Assembly: GCA_004764695.1 (NCBI GenBank)
Contig: SMSO01000025.1
Span: forward strand, 2,170,001-2,234,000
Source: Schizochytrium sp. TIO01
Lineage: Eukaryota > Protista > Bigyra: Labyrinthulomycetes
Length of the DNA: 64,000 nucleotides
Direction of reading: 5' to 3'
Shown: positions 35,993 through 47,305 of the stretch, piece by piece
How the letters are laid out: each line of letters opens with the position of its first letter
Position numbering within the stretch: the first letter of the stretch is position 1
Program-made: the position numbers and the translations under genes
The notes under the pieces: generated by a model
The model's database searches: none
The model's input: only the letters and a program-made list of their open reading frames with translations
Told to the model about the DNA's origin: nothing

Positions 35993-37120
35993 ATGTCTGC
36001 CTTCAAGCGCGTGGCAGTGACATCTGCTGCTCTCGGCGTCGCTGCAGTGACTGTTTACACTGTTCCTGTGTTTAAAGAAACACGAACAGGATGTTATTTG
36101 GCATATCATTACCCATATGATGTCCTGCAAAAGGGCACTTACAACGAAACTGCTTGGCGGCTAGGCCTTGGCACGCTTGGAGGTCTAGGATCAGCATTTG
36201 CACTGGCGAGAGGCGTTGGAGGTGCTGCGGGCTCCTCAAACCCAGTCTTAGGAATTCCCAAAACTGCTTTGGCCATGTTTACAGGCATGGTCACCTTCTC
36301 CCTGACACTCCAATTTACGGATTACATTGTCCCCCCAGCACACCGAGCCACAAAATTTGTAATGTACGCTTTAGATGGTCTAGTTGCAGATGTTGCCGGT
36401 CGTAGTGATGGAGACCTTCCGATCTGGGAGAAACGCGATGGAATTACTCGCAACGATATCGAGCGCTACGTCGAGCACGAATCTGCACGCAAGAAAGTTG
36501 TCGGCGAAACCTCGAACACCACCAGTGGGTCGCTTCCTGTGGAAGACCCGATTGAGCGCCTCAGCAAGCTTGACGCAAGTGGACTCGAGAAGGAACTTGA
36601 GAAAGATACGCTTTCTGGCAATGTCCGCAAGCGTGCCCTTGAGATGCACCGCCAACAGCTGGTCTCTGGCCTCCTGAAGATGCGGCGCGAGCAAGAGCTC
36701 CTTGATCAACAAATCGCATCTAAGCAGCGCGGCATGAAGCAGCTCGGCAGTGGCCCACAATATGATGACATGAAGGAAAGTTTGGAAAATTTGCACAATC
36801 AGGTGAAGGACCTTGACAACCGCAAGGCTTCTTTGAAGGAAACGGCTGCCAGAGTACATAATGCTAGCCTCAACACACTCTGCGAAGCAGAAGTGTTTGT
36901 GAAGGTTCATAAATTGGAGGAACTCCGTGAACGTCAGCTTACCATGGCTCAGCAGGCTCGTGATTCAGGATCTTTCGACCGTATGGTCTTGCGTAAGCAG
37001 CTTAGGGCCATCGATGCTGAAAAGTACGATTTGAAAAAGTCTGCCAAGGATGCCTTTGGTGTTCGCATTAGCAAAAAGGCTGCTTCTGTGGAACCCTGGC
37101 GCCATGTGCTCGAACTGTAG
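35993..37120 (+). CDS. Hypothetical membrane protein (2-3 hydrophobic segments) with duplicated C-terminal helical/coiled-coil module
   Basis: 375-aa ATG-initiated ORF (AAGATGT) with coding-like codon usage. Hydrophobic segments: 'VAVTSAALGVAAVTVYTV', 'LGLGTLGGLGSAFALA', 'ALAMFTGMVTFSLTL'. No family recognised. Confidence 0.75.
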   Translation: MSAFKRVAVTSAALGVAAVTVYTVPVFKETRTGCYLAYHYPYDVLQKGTYNETAWRLGLGTLGGLGSAFALARGVGGAAGSSNPVLGIPKTALAMFTGMVTFSLTLQFTDYIVPPAHRATKFVMYALDGLVADVAGRSDGDLPIWEKRDGITRNDIERYVEHESARKKVVGETSNTTSGSLPVEDPIERLSKLDASGLEKELEKDTLSGNVRKRALEMHRQQLVSGLLKMRREQELLDQQIASKQRGMKQLGSGPQYDDMKESLENLHNQVKDLDNRKASLKETAARVHNASLNTLCEAEVFVKVHKLEELRERQLTMAQQARDSGSFDRMVLRKQLRAIDAEKYDLKKSAKDAFGVRISKKAASVEPWRHVLEL

Positions 37121-37355
37121 ATATACAAAACTAAACATTATAGACTATCATTACGTTGGCAGAGGTATCACCTGTAAACCAGCTTTGTAATTGCCATGCT
37201 CTACCAAGAGGACTTGACCTGTGCCCCATACGCAAGAACTAGCTGTTATCTTTTTCTTTCTTTTCTAATATGGAAGAAATATACAGAAAATTAATATTAA
37301 CGAAAGGGGGGAATCGTGATATAATGATAAGTACGGGTTTTATAAGTTATTCAAT

Positions 37356-38282
37356 TCATTTATGCCGCAACGGTGTATCCTCATGGAAGTCGCGAACAAT
37401 ATTAGTTCCATCAGGTTCGTATTGGACAAGACGGCGTCTCAAATCCGTCAGCTGATCTGTCTTTTGCTGAAGTGTTTTACGCATTTGTTGAAATTGCTTA
37501 GATGAACGAAACCGCTCAGTGACATCGTCGAGGTCAATGTCCCGTGTCTCAAGTAACAGTTGTCGAGCATCTGCAAGTTCGGCACGAAGGTCGACAGCAA
37601 CGCCACGCTCGTGGTCAAGATCTTGCTGCAGAGCTAAAAGCTTAGATGAATCATCTTCGCCTTTGCTTTCCTCTGCGCTGGATGTGCCCGTACTCTGACG
37701 CTTGGCAGTCTCAAGCTGGAGCTTTAGAGCCTCGATCTCATAGGTGTGATTCGAAAGAAGCTGCCGAGCACGGTCCAGCTCGTCTTGAATACTTTCCTTT
37801 TCACGGTTCACAGTATTAATTTGACCTTGGAGTTGCATGTTTTGATCCACAATGCGTTGCTGCTCATCGCGAAGCGAGACAAGACGATTGGCCTTGGTCT
37901 TGTGACTCGATGCGCTTGGTCCATCCAAACGAATCTTTTCCATCTCGGCGATAAGATGGGTATCCTCGATTTTAGAAGTGTCCATTTCCAGCTCAAGATC
38001 TTGAGCATCCGCATCCTGGAAAAGCTGCTGGATGGCCAACATGCTCATACTCACAGTTCTACGAAGATCGTCCTCATAGCTTGTCCTGATAGACTGGCAC
38101 AATGTCTGCAGAATATCCTTTACTTCATCCGGGTCAAGAAGTGAGTCTCCATCAAGCCGTGCTTCCTGAACATCATTAAAAATCTCTTGGATTTCTTGAA
38201 CCTGAACCTCCCGTTTCTGCTTAAAGAATTTTTCGTACTTTGCCAACTGGACTTTATGGAAGTCACTCAGATATCTTGACAT
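37356..38282 (-). CDS. LZTFL1: Leucine zipper transcription factor-like protein 1 (BBS17), BBSome/IFT regulator
   Basis: N-terminal 'LSDFHKVQLAKYEKFFKQKR..IQEIFNDVQEARL', 'QQLFQDADAQDLELEMDTSKIED' and C-terminal 'FQQMRKTLQQKTDQLTDLRRRLVQYEP' match LZTFL1 signatures. Confidence 0.85.
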   Translation of the reverse strand: MSRYLSDFHKVQLAKYEKFFKQKREVQVQEIQEIFNDVQEARLDGDSLLDPDEVKDILQTLCQSIRTSYEDDLRRTVSMSMLAIQQLFQDADAQDLELEMDTSKIEDTHLIAEMEKIRLDGPSASSHKTKANRLVSLRDEQQRIVDQNMQLQGQINTVNREKESIQDELDRARQLLSNHTYEIEALKLQLETAKRQSTGTSSAEESKGEDDSSKLLALQQDLDHERGVAVDLRAELADARQLLLETRDIDLDDVTERFRSSKQFQQMRKTLQQKTDQLTDLRRRLVQYEPDGTNIVRDFHEDTPLRHK

Positions 38283-39027
38283 TTTCTAATTCTTGCGTAA
38301 ACAGAAGTTCCCTTGAGGCTCTTCACGTCTTGTATTTAGACAGATTTATTACCGGCGTAAGTCAAAAAATTAAGAATCACCGCTAAAGCAGCAAAGTCTA
38401 TTCTCCGAGTTCTGCCAGGCTCTTTACGAAGTACAACCTTGTGAAAGACTAGCTTGTCTTTGCAACAGCAGTAGCTCCCAGCTACACTACAGAAGCACCC
38501 GTATGACTAGCAAAACCAAACAGGTTTGGATTTGCTTGATCCCAAGAGGCAGTACTCTTGACCTACTTATGCGGTCTAAACCTCTCAATCTGTATTGGCT
38601 TTTCCGGTTCTGTAAATAATTTGGCCGTTGTGCCCCTTCACTTAAAAAAGACTCTTCCCAAAGATTCATAACAATAATAATTACCCAAACTTATAGTCCG
38701 CCAGCTCTTTCTTTTCTCAAGATATGCTATTAACCAAAGCCTGTTTCTTGCCTCGTAGACTTCTCTTTCAAAGGCTCCAAGGACCAGGGCCGATCGCCTC
38801 CAGCCTTGGACCTCTTCCCTCTTCGCGACTAAGCGGATCAGGCCGTTGGGGCCTGCCACCCCGACCGGAGGTTTTGGAGCGGATCGGTTTATTGTCTAAA
38901 AAAGAAGCTTGAAGAAATTGGTATCGTCTCCATTAAGATTAGCAGCTTCAGGAATCCCTTTTCATAGATATCGTCCTTTCTCTGTAAGAAAGGAAGCGTA
39001 GCAGAGTTCAAAGAAGCACCAGGAATC

Positions 39028-40023
39028 ATGCCGAGGAGGCAAAATTATGGCGCAGCTGCGCTTTGCGTTGTTGTGGGTCTTTTTATTGTCGTCTTGATAG
39101 TTCTGGCGTATGCAAACCATGATCCGGGCACTGGGGAGCCCAAAGCTGGATTACTTAAGGCACTTTCATGGGCTATTGGTTGGCTATACTTTTTGGCGTG
39201 GTCGATTAGTTTCTATCCTCAGCTAATTCTTAATTACCAACGCAAGAGCACTGAAGGGCTTTCTTATGATTTCATTTGGCTTAACCTTCTCGGATTTGTT
39301 GCGTACAGCGTTTTTAACGTAGCGTTTTATGCTTCACCGAGGGTTCGCGAGAGCTATCGTCGAGCCCATGATGGTGAAGAGAACCTTGTCCGGGCTAATG
39401 ATGTCTTCTTTGCTCTCCATGCAACCGTAGTGACGGGCTGCACACTAGCCCAGATGTATTTCGCTGGCTACCGTCGTCCAAAGGGCGTTTTGGTGCGCCC
39501 GGTAGTCCGTTGGTTCATTGCGATTGCCATCATCCTTAGCGTTATCTATTTGATTGGTGTGGTATCTCACGGAAGCCCCATGTGGAACAAAGACGCGTCG
39601 AGCAACTTCTGGACTATGCTCGAATTCTTGTATTTTGTCTCTTACATCAAGCTCGTGGTATCCTTTGTAAAATACTGTCCCCAGGTATACCTCAACTATC
39701 AGCGCAAGTCGACTCAGGGATGGTCGATTGTAAATGTTTCTCTAGACTTTACAGGTGGATTCCTTTCATTTATGCAACTTTTCATCGATGCGTCTTTGGA
39801 AAACGATTGGTCTGGCATCTTTGGTGATCCGGTCAAGTTGGGATTGTCTCTTTTATCGTTGGGTTTTGATATTATATTCATGGTACAGCACTTTGTGCTC
39901 TATAGTGACAGGGATTCAGAATACTACTACGCCTCAAGCACACGCCACGATTCCGACACACATCTTGATCTTGATGTTGACGGTGAAGGCTCGGATGAGC
40001 GCCGCCCGCTTGCGCGTGGTTAA
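39028..40023 (+). CDS. CTNS: Cystinosin-like PQ-loop lysosomal cystine transporter
   Basis: Motifs: 'IGWLYFLAWSISFYPQLILNYQRKSTEGLSYDF', 'NDVFFALHA', 'KYCPQVYLNYQRKSTQGWSI..LDFTGG', 'GDPVKLGL..FDIIFMVQHFVLY'; tail 'DERRPL' resembles an acidic lysosomal sorting signal. Confidence 0.93.
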   Translation: MPRRQNYGAAALCVVVGLFIVVLIVLAYANHDPGTGEPKAGLLKALSWAIGWLYFLAWSISFYPQLILNYQRKSTEGLSYDFIWLNLLGFVAYSVFNVAFYASPRVRESYRRAHDGEENLVRANDVFFALHATVVTGCTLAQMYFAGYRRPKGVLVRPVVRWFIAIAIILSVIYLIGVVSHGSPMWNKDASSNFWTMLEFLYFVSYIKLVVSFVKYCPQVYLNYQRKSTQGWSIVNVSLDFTGGFLSFMQLFIDASLENDWSGIFGDPVKLGLSLLSLGFDIIFMVQHFVLYSDRDSEYYYASSTRHDSDTHLDLDVDGEGSDERRPLARG

Positions 40024-40292
40024 TGACATAGTAACTACTCTAGTGATTTCTTGTTTTTCTCTCATTTCTCTATATTCTAACCTCACTCTGACCTTGTGTC
40101 ATTGGGCCTCAATGCAAACGGCCTAGTTCTTGCCTGAGATTTGCTTTATTTCTGGCTGGCTGTTGCTTTGCTGTATCGTACAACCAGCACAAGGCAAGTG
40201 TTGAAGCTTGGCAGCAATGGCTTATAAGAGGATTAGCGCGATTTGGGTGACTCTTGAGACGACCTGTCGCGAGGTGTCGTCTCAGGTACTTG

Positions 40293-42914
40293 TCAGAGTG
40301 AAGGGTGCCCCGAGGGCTGCTGGGGAGCTTGTGGCCTCGAAGGTGTGGATTGAAAGTGCTGTTGATTCTGAGGAGATTGTGGTCTAAAAGGGAAAGTTTG
40401 TGAAGAGGCCGGTTGTGCTGTGTATTGTTGTTGCCCTGAGAACGGTTGTGAAGAGTGAACCTCCTGTAAACCAATTGGCTGAGAAACATGGGGTTGAAGT
40501 CTGAGGGATGCGGACGGTGGCAAAGGGGCAAGAGGAGCACTGATATGAATAGGTGCAAAAGGTCCACTCACAGTAGGATCTCGATTCCGCGTAGTGTTTA
40601 CTCGTGTAAGATTTGCCTGGGGATCGTCATCTTGATCGACTTCATCAATAAAAACATGACCCCGTGAGGGAGTGCGCCGGAAGGAAGAAGCAAAACCGGA
40701 CATGTGTTTGCCCGCAAATTCTGAAATGTGCTTGCCTGTGAAGGAGGTGACGCCTGTGGAGTGTGAGCGAGCGGTTGAAACAGAGGGCCGAGGTTCGTCG
40801 TAACGTCTCGATACATGCTTCAAATGCGCAATTGTAAATGATACACCGAATGCCAGAGGAATCATTGCCCAAGAGAAGTAAAAGACTAAGAAAATTGCAT
40901 GTGAAGGCAAGCCATAAGCTTGTGCCCCTCCCTCATTACCGAAGAGTTCGGAAGAAGACGGGGCATCACTGCAGGTGTAACACACATCTGGGTACACAGT
41001 GCTGAAGCCATCTAGTATACATTTCGCGCAACAGCTTGTTGCATTGAATGCGGTGTCTTGAAGACTTTCGACGCACTCATAATAGCCTTCATTGTTGGAA
41101 CAGTCCCACCATTGGAACATGGCTGCAGCGAAGTTTCCTAGCGGCAGTTCAATCAGCATAATCATTACAAATGATAAAACCACAAAAAGAAAATTTGAAG
41201 ATCCAAAGCGGATGCCCTGCGCTGTAATGCGGAGAGCAAGGCCTTCATCTTTGACTCTTCTGTTGATAGTCTTCCAGTTCTGTGAGGAGCCAGAGCCATT
41301 TGCTCTTGAGGGAACTGAGTCTGACGCATGGCTGCTCGACGACGACATAGAATTTGCCGAGTAAGATATGGTTGTAGTCGTTGCAAAGTCCATATTACCT
41401 GTAAACACCTTGATACAGGAATTCTGTTCTGAGCGAAGCATAAGCGAAATCGAGATAGCCATAGCAAGCCCAATCGTACTCGCGCAAATGAGTGGTAGAT
41501 GAACGAGAATAAGTTCGCACCAGGTGTATCGCAGACGAGGGAAACACAGAAACGCATTGCGAACAAAAAATCGGTTCTGAAACTCGACCAGCATTCCATC
41601 ATTGTTGTAGAGAGTGAACTCCTCAAGCACAAGGGCAACAGTGCCGAATATAGCGGGCACCAGAACTACAAACAAAAACTCGTATAATCGCTCTCGTCGG
41701 GACCCGCGGTAGTTCTGCATCCGAGTTGCTGCTCGCACACGAAGCCAAATAATGACGAGAGTCAGTGTACAGCTATTCACCAAGGCCTGCAGAAAGAAAG
41801 GCGACAGTTTGGTAACCCAGCATGCTGCTGATTCCTTGATTGTATCTCCACTTTGCGAGATTAGACCCACTTGAAAATTGAGGATTGCGGCTGGAAGTGC
41901 ACTCATGGATACAAATAGAATACCGCAGAGTGCAGAAAGACGGAAGAGCTTGATCACAACTTTCTTGCGATCTGTGCGATACTTGGGTCGGTGAAAGCTC
42001 AGAACAGGTCGTCTCCTTTGCTGGCGAACTTCTTGCGACGACTTATAAAATGCAAACGCATTGAATGGCAAACTGAGGAGAGCAGGCACAACAAAAATGA
42101 GCCACATAGCAGTCCACTCAACGTCGGTGTAGACGGGAAAGCGCTCAGGGTACTCACAAGTAATACTATTGCTAGATGTGCGGCCCTGAGTAGCAACCAG
42201 AGGATACACGCAGGTAACATTGTCATATCCCGCCCCAGTGGCAAGTTCCTCCAAATCAGTTTCACTGAGACTGTCAGTGCTCGAAGATTGATCCCAAATG
42301 TCACTTCCGATCCATTCATTTGGCCTAAAAAAGTATTGCGGCTCTTCAGTTGTTGAAGTAGCTGAGCAAGACGTGATGAGATTGCTGTGTTTTTCGAAAA
42401 GTTCAGAGCATTTGGAATTGATGAGCTCACAAGCCTCAGTTGACATTTTGATCGGGGCAAAAACTCCGTTGTTGTTGCCTTCTTGGCATACGGGGTACTT
42501 GGATACGCAAGCATATGCCCGGAAAATACCTAGGCACTCAGCATTAATTGTAGCGAGGGTGGTGGATAGCTCAACTTCAACAGCAGCGAGCTTTACTTCA
42601 ACTGCTAAAATATCTGCAAGGTCAACCTGACCACCCTGGGGGTTGGGCATATAAACCACATGATCGCCCAGGATATCTGCACAATATAAGCTCTCCTCCT
42701 GTGATGGATACTCGTAGCATCCAGAAGTATTTCGTCCACCATAGCCGAGCATGAAGAAATTAGTATCCACCACAACTGTTTGAAGCGTTACGTAATCAAT
42801 GCCATCTGTGTTGATATCCTCTGTGTACGAACAACTGTCCAGTGCCTGTAAGTTCTGCGTTACACATAATACCATGAGACCGGCCAGGCCAATGGCGCTG
42901 CGAGACCTCAACAT
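40293..42914 (-). CDS. Frizzled/Smoothened-like (class F) 7TM receptor with signal peptide and cysteine-rich domain
   Basis: Signal peptide; CRD 'ECLGIFRAYACVSKYPVC..ACELINSKC..C'; linker 'CVYPLV..CEYPERFPVYTDVEW'; seven hydrophobic helices; Cys at the top of TM3 ('ACWV') and in ECL2 ('LCFPR'); Cys-rich ECL3; P/Q/S-rich tail. Confidence 0.8.
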   Translation of the reverse strand: MLRSRSAIGLAGLMVLCVTQNLQALDSCSYTEDINTDGIDYVTLQTVVVDTNFFMLGYGGRNTSGCYEYPSQEESLYCADILGDHVVYMPNPQGGQVDLADILAVEVKLAAVEVELSTTLATINAECLGIFRAYACVSKYPVCQEGNNNGVFAPIKMSTEACELINSKCSELFEKHSNLITSCSATSTTEEPQYFFRPNEWIGSDIWDQSSSTDSLSETDLEELATGAGYDNVTCVYPLVATQGRTSSNSITCEYPERFPVYTDVEWTAMWLIFVVPALLSLPFNAFAFYKSSQEVRQQRRRPVLSFHRPKYRTDRKKVVIKLFRLSALCGILFVSMSALPAAILNFQVGLISQSGDTIKESAACWVTKLSPFFLQALVNSCTLTLVIIWLRVRAATRMQNYRGSRRERLYEFLFVVLVPAIFGTVALVLEEFTLYNNDGMLVEFQNRFFVRNAFLCFPRLRYTWCELILVHLPLICASTIGLAMAISISLMLRSEQNSCIKVFTGNMDFATTTTISYSANSMSSSSSHASDSVPSRANGSGSSQNWKTINRRVKDEGLALRITAQGIRFGSSNFLFVVLSFVMIMLIELPLGNFAAAMFQWWDCSNNEGYYECVESLQDTAFNATSCCAKCILDGFSTVYPDVCYTCSDAPSSSELFGNEGGAQAYGLPSHAIFLVFYFSWAMIPLAFGVSFTIAHLKHVSRRYDEPRPSVSTARSHSTGVTSFTGKHISEFAGKHMSGFASSFRRTPSRGHVFIDEVDQDDDPQANLTRVNTTRNRDPTVSGPFAPIHISAPLAPLPPSASLRLQPHVSQPIGLQEVHSSQPFSGQQQYTAQPASSQTFPFRPQSPQNQQHFQSTPSRPQAPQQPSGHPSL

Positions 42915-45900
42915 GATTAGCTCTCGGTGTCTATTTCAACGATTAGTCACCCGGAGCCCCAAGCCTCAAGCCTCAAGCCACCACAAAACTGCTTTGCTCT
43001 GTTAAAGCAATTTTGTGTACGTTTATGCAAGGCAGCAACAACCCCAAAGAGTATAAGGGAGCTTTGTGCACGTGCGGATAGACTAGGCGTCCTCGCGGGA
43101 CCCGCGCGTGGCGCAGTGAGTAGCGCAGCGCGCCACAGCTACGCTATTCGCGAGCAAGCAACGCAGGGTTGTTGCGCGGTAAGCTGTGCTACGTCTTGAA
43201 GGTCTCCAACCAGCCAATGAGGGTGAAGAATACGATAGGCAACGTGGGATGAGGTTATGGTCACCTCTTCTTGCTACAGAGAAGAGTCCTGCAAATTTCT
43301 TTTTCTAGGCAAAGCTTGTTTGCAGGTAATAAATTTGTCTGGACAATGTTGTGTGCGCATCGCCAAGTCGTGTAATTTAGGTGTTCTTGCTTAAAAGGTT
43401 CCTGGCACATCATGAAGTCCAAATGGTTAGACTCGCTTTCCTCCATCATGCTATTCCATACCCTGGGCGGTTCGACCTGAGCGGCACCATCTCTGTGTCG
43501 AACCTGATCTCAGCGCGGAAGTTTGCATGATGCTGAGCTGGGCGGAAAGGCGATGTTGTCACGGGAGCTAAGCTAGATGGCGGAGGGAATGGTGGAGTGA
43601 CGGATGCTCTTCTGCGTTGAAAAGTGCGCACTAGTTGTAGAAAATACACTTAAGCACTTGGCATCACCACCAAGATCATTGCTAGTACGTCTATCAACAA
43701 AAACTTTAGGGAGTTTTCACGAAAGTAAAGGAGTGCGCACTTTTTTTTGTAACAAAAACAAATAAACTCTACCACTTTTAGTAATAACTCTATCATGATA
43801 TTTTTGCAAGCGCGTGAATGTTTCAAAGATTTAGAAAGAGTGAGAAAAACTGATATTTACTAATAAGGGAACGGGAAGGTGGCCACCACTCACCATCGGC
43901 AGTAAATTACTCGCCTACGCACTACCTTGGAAATACGAAAAGCCCAGGCAAGGCAGCAGTGGTGCCTTCCCAATCTGCCGTTTATCTTGCAGGTCTCGGT
44001 TTTGACTTCGCTCTCGCGTCGAAACTTTGGGAATCACGAGAACAGGCAGTGCGTCGCTTTATAATGCGGAGCACGTTATGTCGAGATCTCAGCAACCTCC
44101 GAGCGTCGAGGAGAAGGTACGAACGAGTGCTCAGAGCTCTCGGACTACCAAACGAGAACGGCTGACTTGATGAACTAGACAAGGTTGGGACAATGTATGA
44201 AGCAACTCAACAAACAAACAAAACAAACAAACGAACGAAGCAAGCCAGCAAGCGAGTAATTAAGAAAAATCGGAAAGCATAAAACATGCAGACACGGCCT
44301 CAACTGCGGTCACTACCTTGTAGTACCTAGGTAGTAGCAGAGAACTTCGCTGCTTTGTGAACAAGCTCGCTGTCCACTGCGCAAAATATATGAAAAAGCC
44401 TCAACTCAGGACATGGTAGCCAGCTAGCTAAAGCTACACTTAAGGGCTGCAGTAAGAGGGCAATCTACCCACTTCAAAAGCATTCTTTACTGGAGTAGGT
44501 AGTAGACATGTGGAATGGGACCTGGAAAAAGCGAAGGTCGCGATAGCCAAAAGGCTGACTGTGGAGTTAGTAAAGTAGGTGGCGAGCCCAGAGATTGCAA
44601 AGGCTCCGATGGTGAGGGTGCGAGGTTCACCTCCTTTGCCTGGTACATACATACATACATGCATGCATATATAGATTCTCTCACGATTGCAGGGTTGAAT
44701 TACCAAGTCCTTCGGGTTAGCCCGAGTGGTCAAGTGGAGGACATATTTTGATTCAAAGCTTCATTAGAAAGATGGTGATGTTATCTACGCCTTCTGTCTG
44801 CTACTGGGCCCATACCCAATTGTCTGGATCAGCACGATCATTGAAGTGCATGAATCAACGATTGGCTAGCAGAGGCTACGGCTAGCTCAGCTCCACTGGT
44901 CCCTCCCTTGATTCTTTGCAATATACGTCAGTCATTACTAGGGACTACTGAGTTTACTATGAGCGCGTCTCTTTTTATGATGGAAACAGATCATATCCAT
45001 CCCAACCACAAGTAGCTATCACACGACAAGTTGTACGCATCGGAATAAAGCCCATACTTCTACTGTTCATAGACTTCAAACAGTTACGATACGATAAAGA
45101 CGCTAGCTGCTATACTTTGGATGGCTGACGAGGTCGTGGCTGCACTTTTGCTCTTAATTTTTATTATGTTTTACGTACGAAGTGAACAACCAACAACGCA
45201 AGCGGAAGGGGTCTGTGCAATATTGTACAGATCAGCCAAAGCAAGCTTGCAGGCTGCATGAAGTTATCACTAATTTTCACACAGCCATGCAATCACAAAG
45301 TTGGTGGATAGCAAATGGTATTACCTACCTAGTACCTAAAAGTAGCAACAGAGGGGTATCTGCTCTGGCTTTCTATGCGAACTCGTGCAAAAGAAGAAGT
45401 TATAATTTTTATTTGAAAAAAACGATGAAAGAGTCTACTTGCCTTTTAAAATGCAGTACACAGCCCGCATTTCCTGTCAGCTGTCGAGAAGTACAGTAGG
45501 TTTATTGCCTCGATAATGTCTGTCGTTAAAGGAGCATCTCCTAGTCGATTTAAAAAAAAATAAAAAAATTCAGAATTGGTAAAAATAATAACAACAACAA
45601 ATACAACAAAACATATATGAATAAAAGCTAAGCGGAGGGTCAGGAAATACGTTAGTTTCGGACATCAGGCTCTAGCAAACTGATGCTTTCATGCTCCTAT
45701 ATTTTGTAATTCTTTACCAACGCGTCCGCCGTTTCTGAGGGGAGTCCTGTTTTTGCTTCGCTTCACCTAAAAATCCAAATCAAGATATGCGTGTGCAACT
45801 TTGTCGCAGCGCGTGCACAAGTTCTACAGTATAAGATAGGTAACCTTATGAGCAGCGCGTGCACAGAAGGATAAAACAGTCTGTGCCATACTTCAGTCTA

Positions 45901-47305
45901 CTGGGGTTTGAAAGAATAGTTATTAAATGGTGAGGCTTGAAGGATTAAACTTTCTTGAGTGAAGCTCTCATAAATTATTTTCTTTCTGATGTAAATTACG
46001 TTTTACAATATATACACAATTGCAGAACCGATCCTTTAGACTGGATATGAAATATTTAGAAATAAAATAAAACTCCATGAGAGGGGATGCTATTCTTCAA
46101 CGTTGTTTTGGTCATAGATCGTAATAGTCAGTAGAGTAAGGAGATTAAGACGCACATCCATGCTCTGAACACCAGCAGCATAAATAAAAGGAGAATATTT
46201 ATAAGCGATATCAGGAGCAAAATAGTGCAGTCAAGTATGATACAACATCTATTGGCAACATATTTTTCTTTGAAGAATGCTGTTCTGGTCTGATTACTAA
46301 AGCTGCTAGTCTAAAAGCTACAAGCTTTCAAGCACCCTCTTCTTCCAATGTAAGGGTTTCAGAATTGTTAATTAAATAAATAAACGAAAAACAAAAGGGG
46401 GAAATGCGCAAGAAACCCTTGTCCTAATTACAAGACTAAAGATGCTTTAGCACCTATGCTTTCTATTCATGTGCAACTCCACATCATGCAGGCTGAGCTA
46501 TCATTTATTCATGGAAAACGAGACGGAATATTCCTCATTTGTGATGCGCACCCAGAGCGATGGAGCATTTAGATTCCAAAGGGCGCATGAGACCGCGAAA
46601 AAAGAAAATAAATAGTGATTCCGGTTATTTCCTAACCAACGCACACAGCGATCCTACAAGGTAGAGATGACCATTCCTAATTAAGGTGTGTGCGCCAGAA
46701 TAGATTTTCGTAGTATTTATGCTCGAGCGAAAGATCGTTTGAGCTTGGCTTGTGCACGCAAAAGGAAACAAAAAAAACAAGAAAAATGCCCTTTTCAGAA
46801 TTGTTGAAGTTGGAAAAGATAGAGTAGAATAATAGCCTCGCTGACAGAATACGTGTCACTATTTCTAAAGAGTCAATCACCAGCACGCGCGTCAATACTA
46901 CCTAAGACTTTATGAGATTACATTTTACTTTACCTCGTAAAGAATGCGAATCCTGGAGTTGACTTGAAAATTGAAAGCAAAAACCGAGGCAACTGAGGTT
47001 TACTGGGTGCAACTCAATCAACTAAATTCAAATATAGCTCTTGTCATTAATTTAAAGTTAAAACTATGGTGCACAAGGTCACATGAACGATTCAACTCCT
47101 AAATTTACTCTGCGAAAGATCCAATATTTTAACACAACTTACCAAGATCAACGTATGATCCTCTTTAGGCAAACGCAAATTTCAAGTACTAGAGTACGAA
47201 AGCATTGATCCCTTTGAAAAGCTCAATAAACATCGTATGTGAACCTTTAGCAGACCTGCACACAGCCGGTGTTATTATCCATATCTTCAGATCAATACTA
47301 GTATG

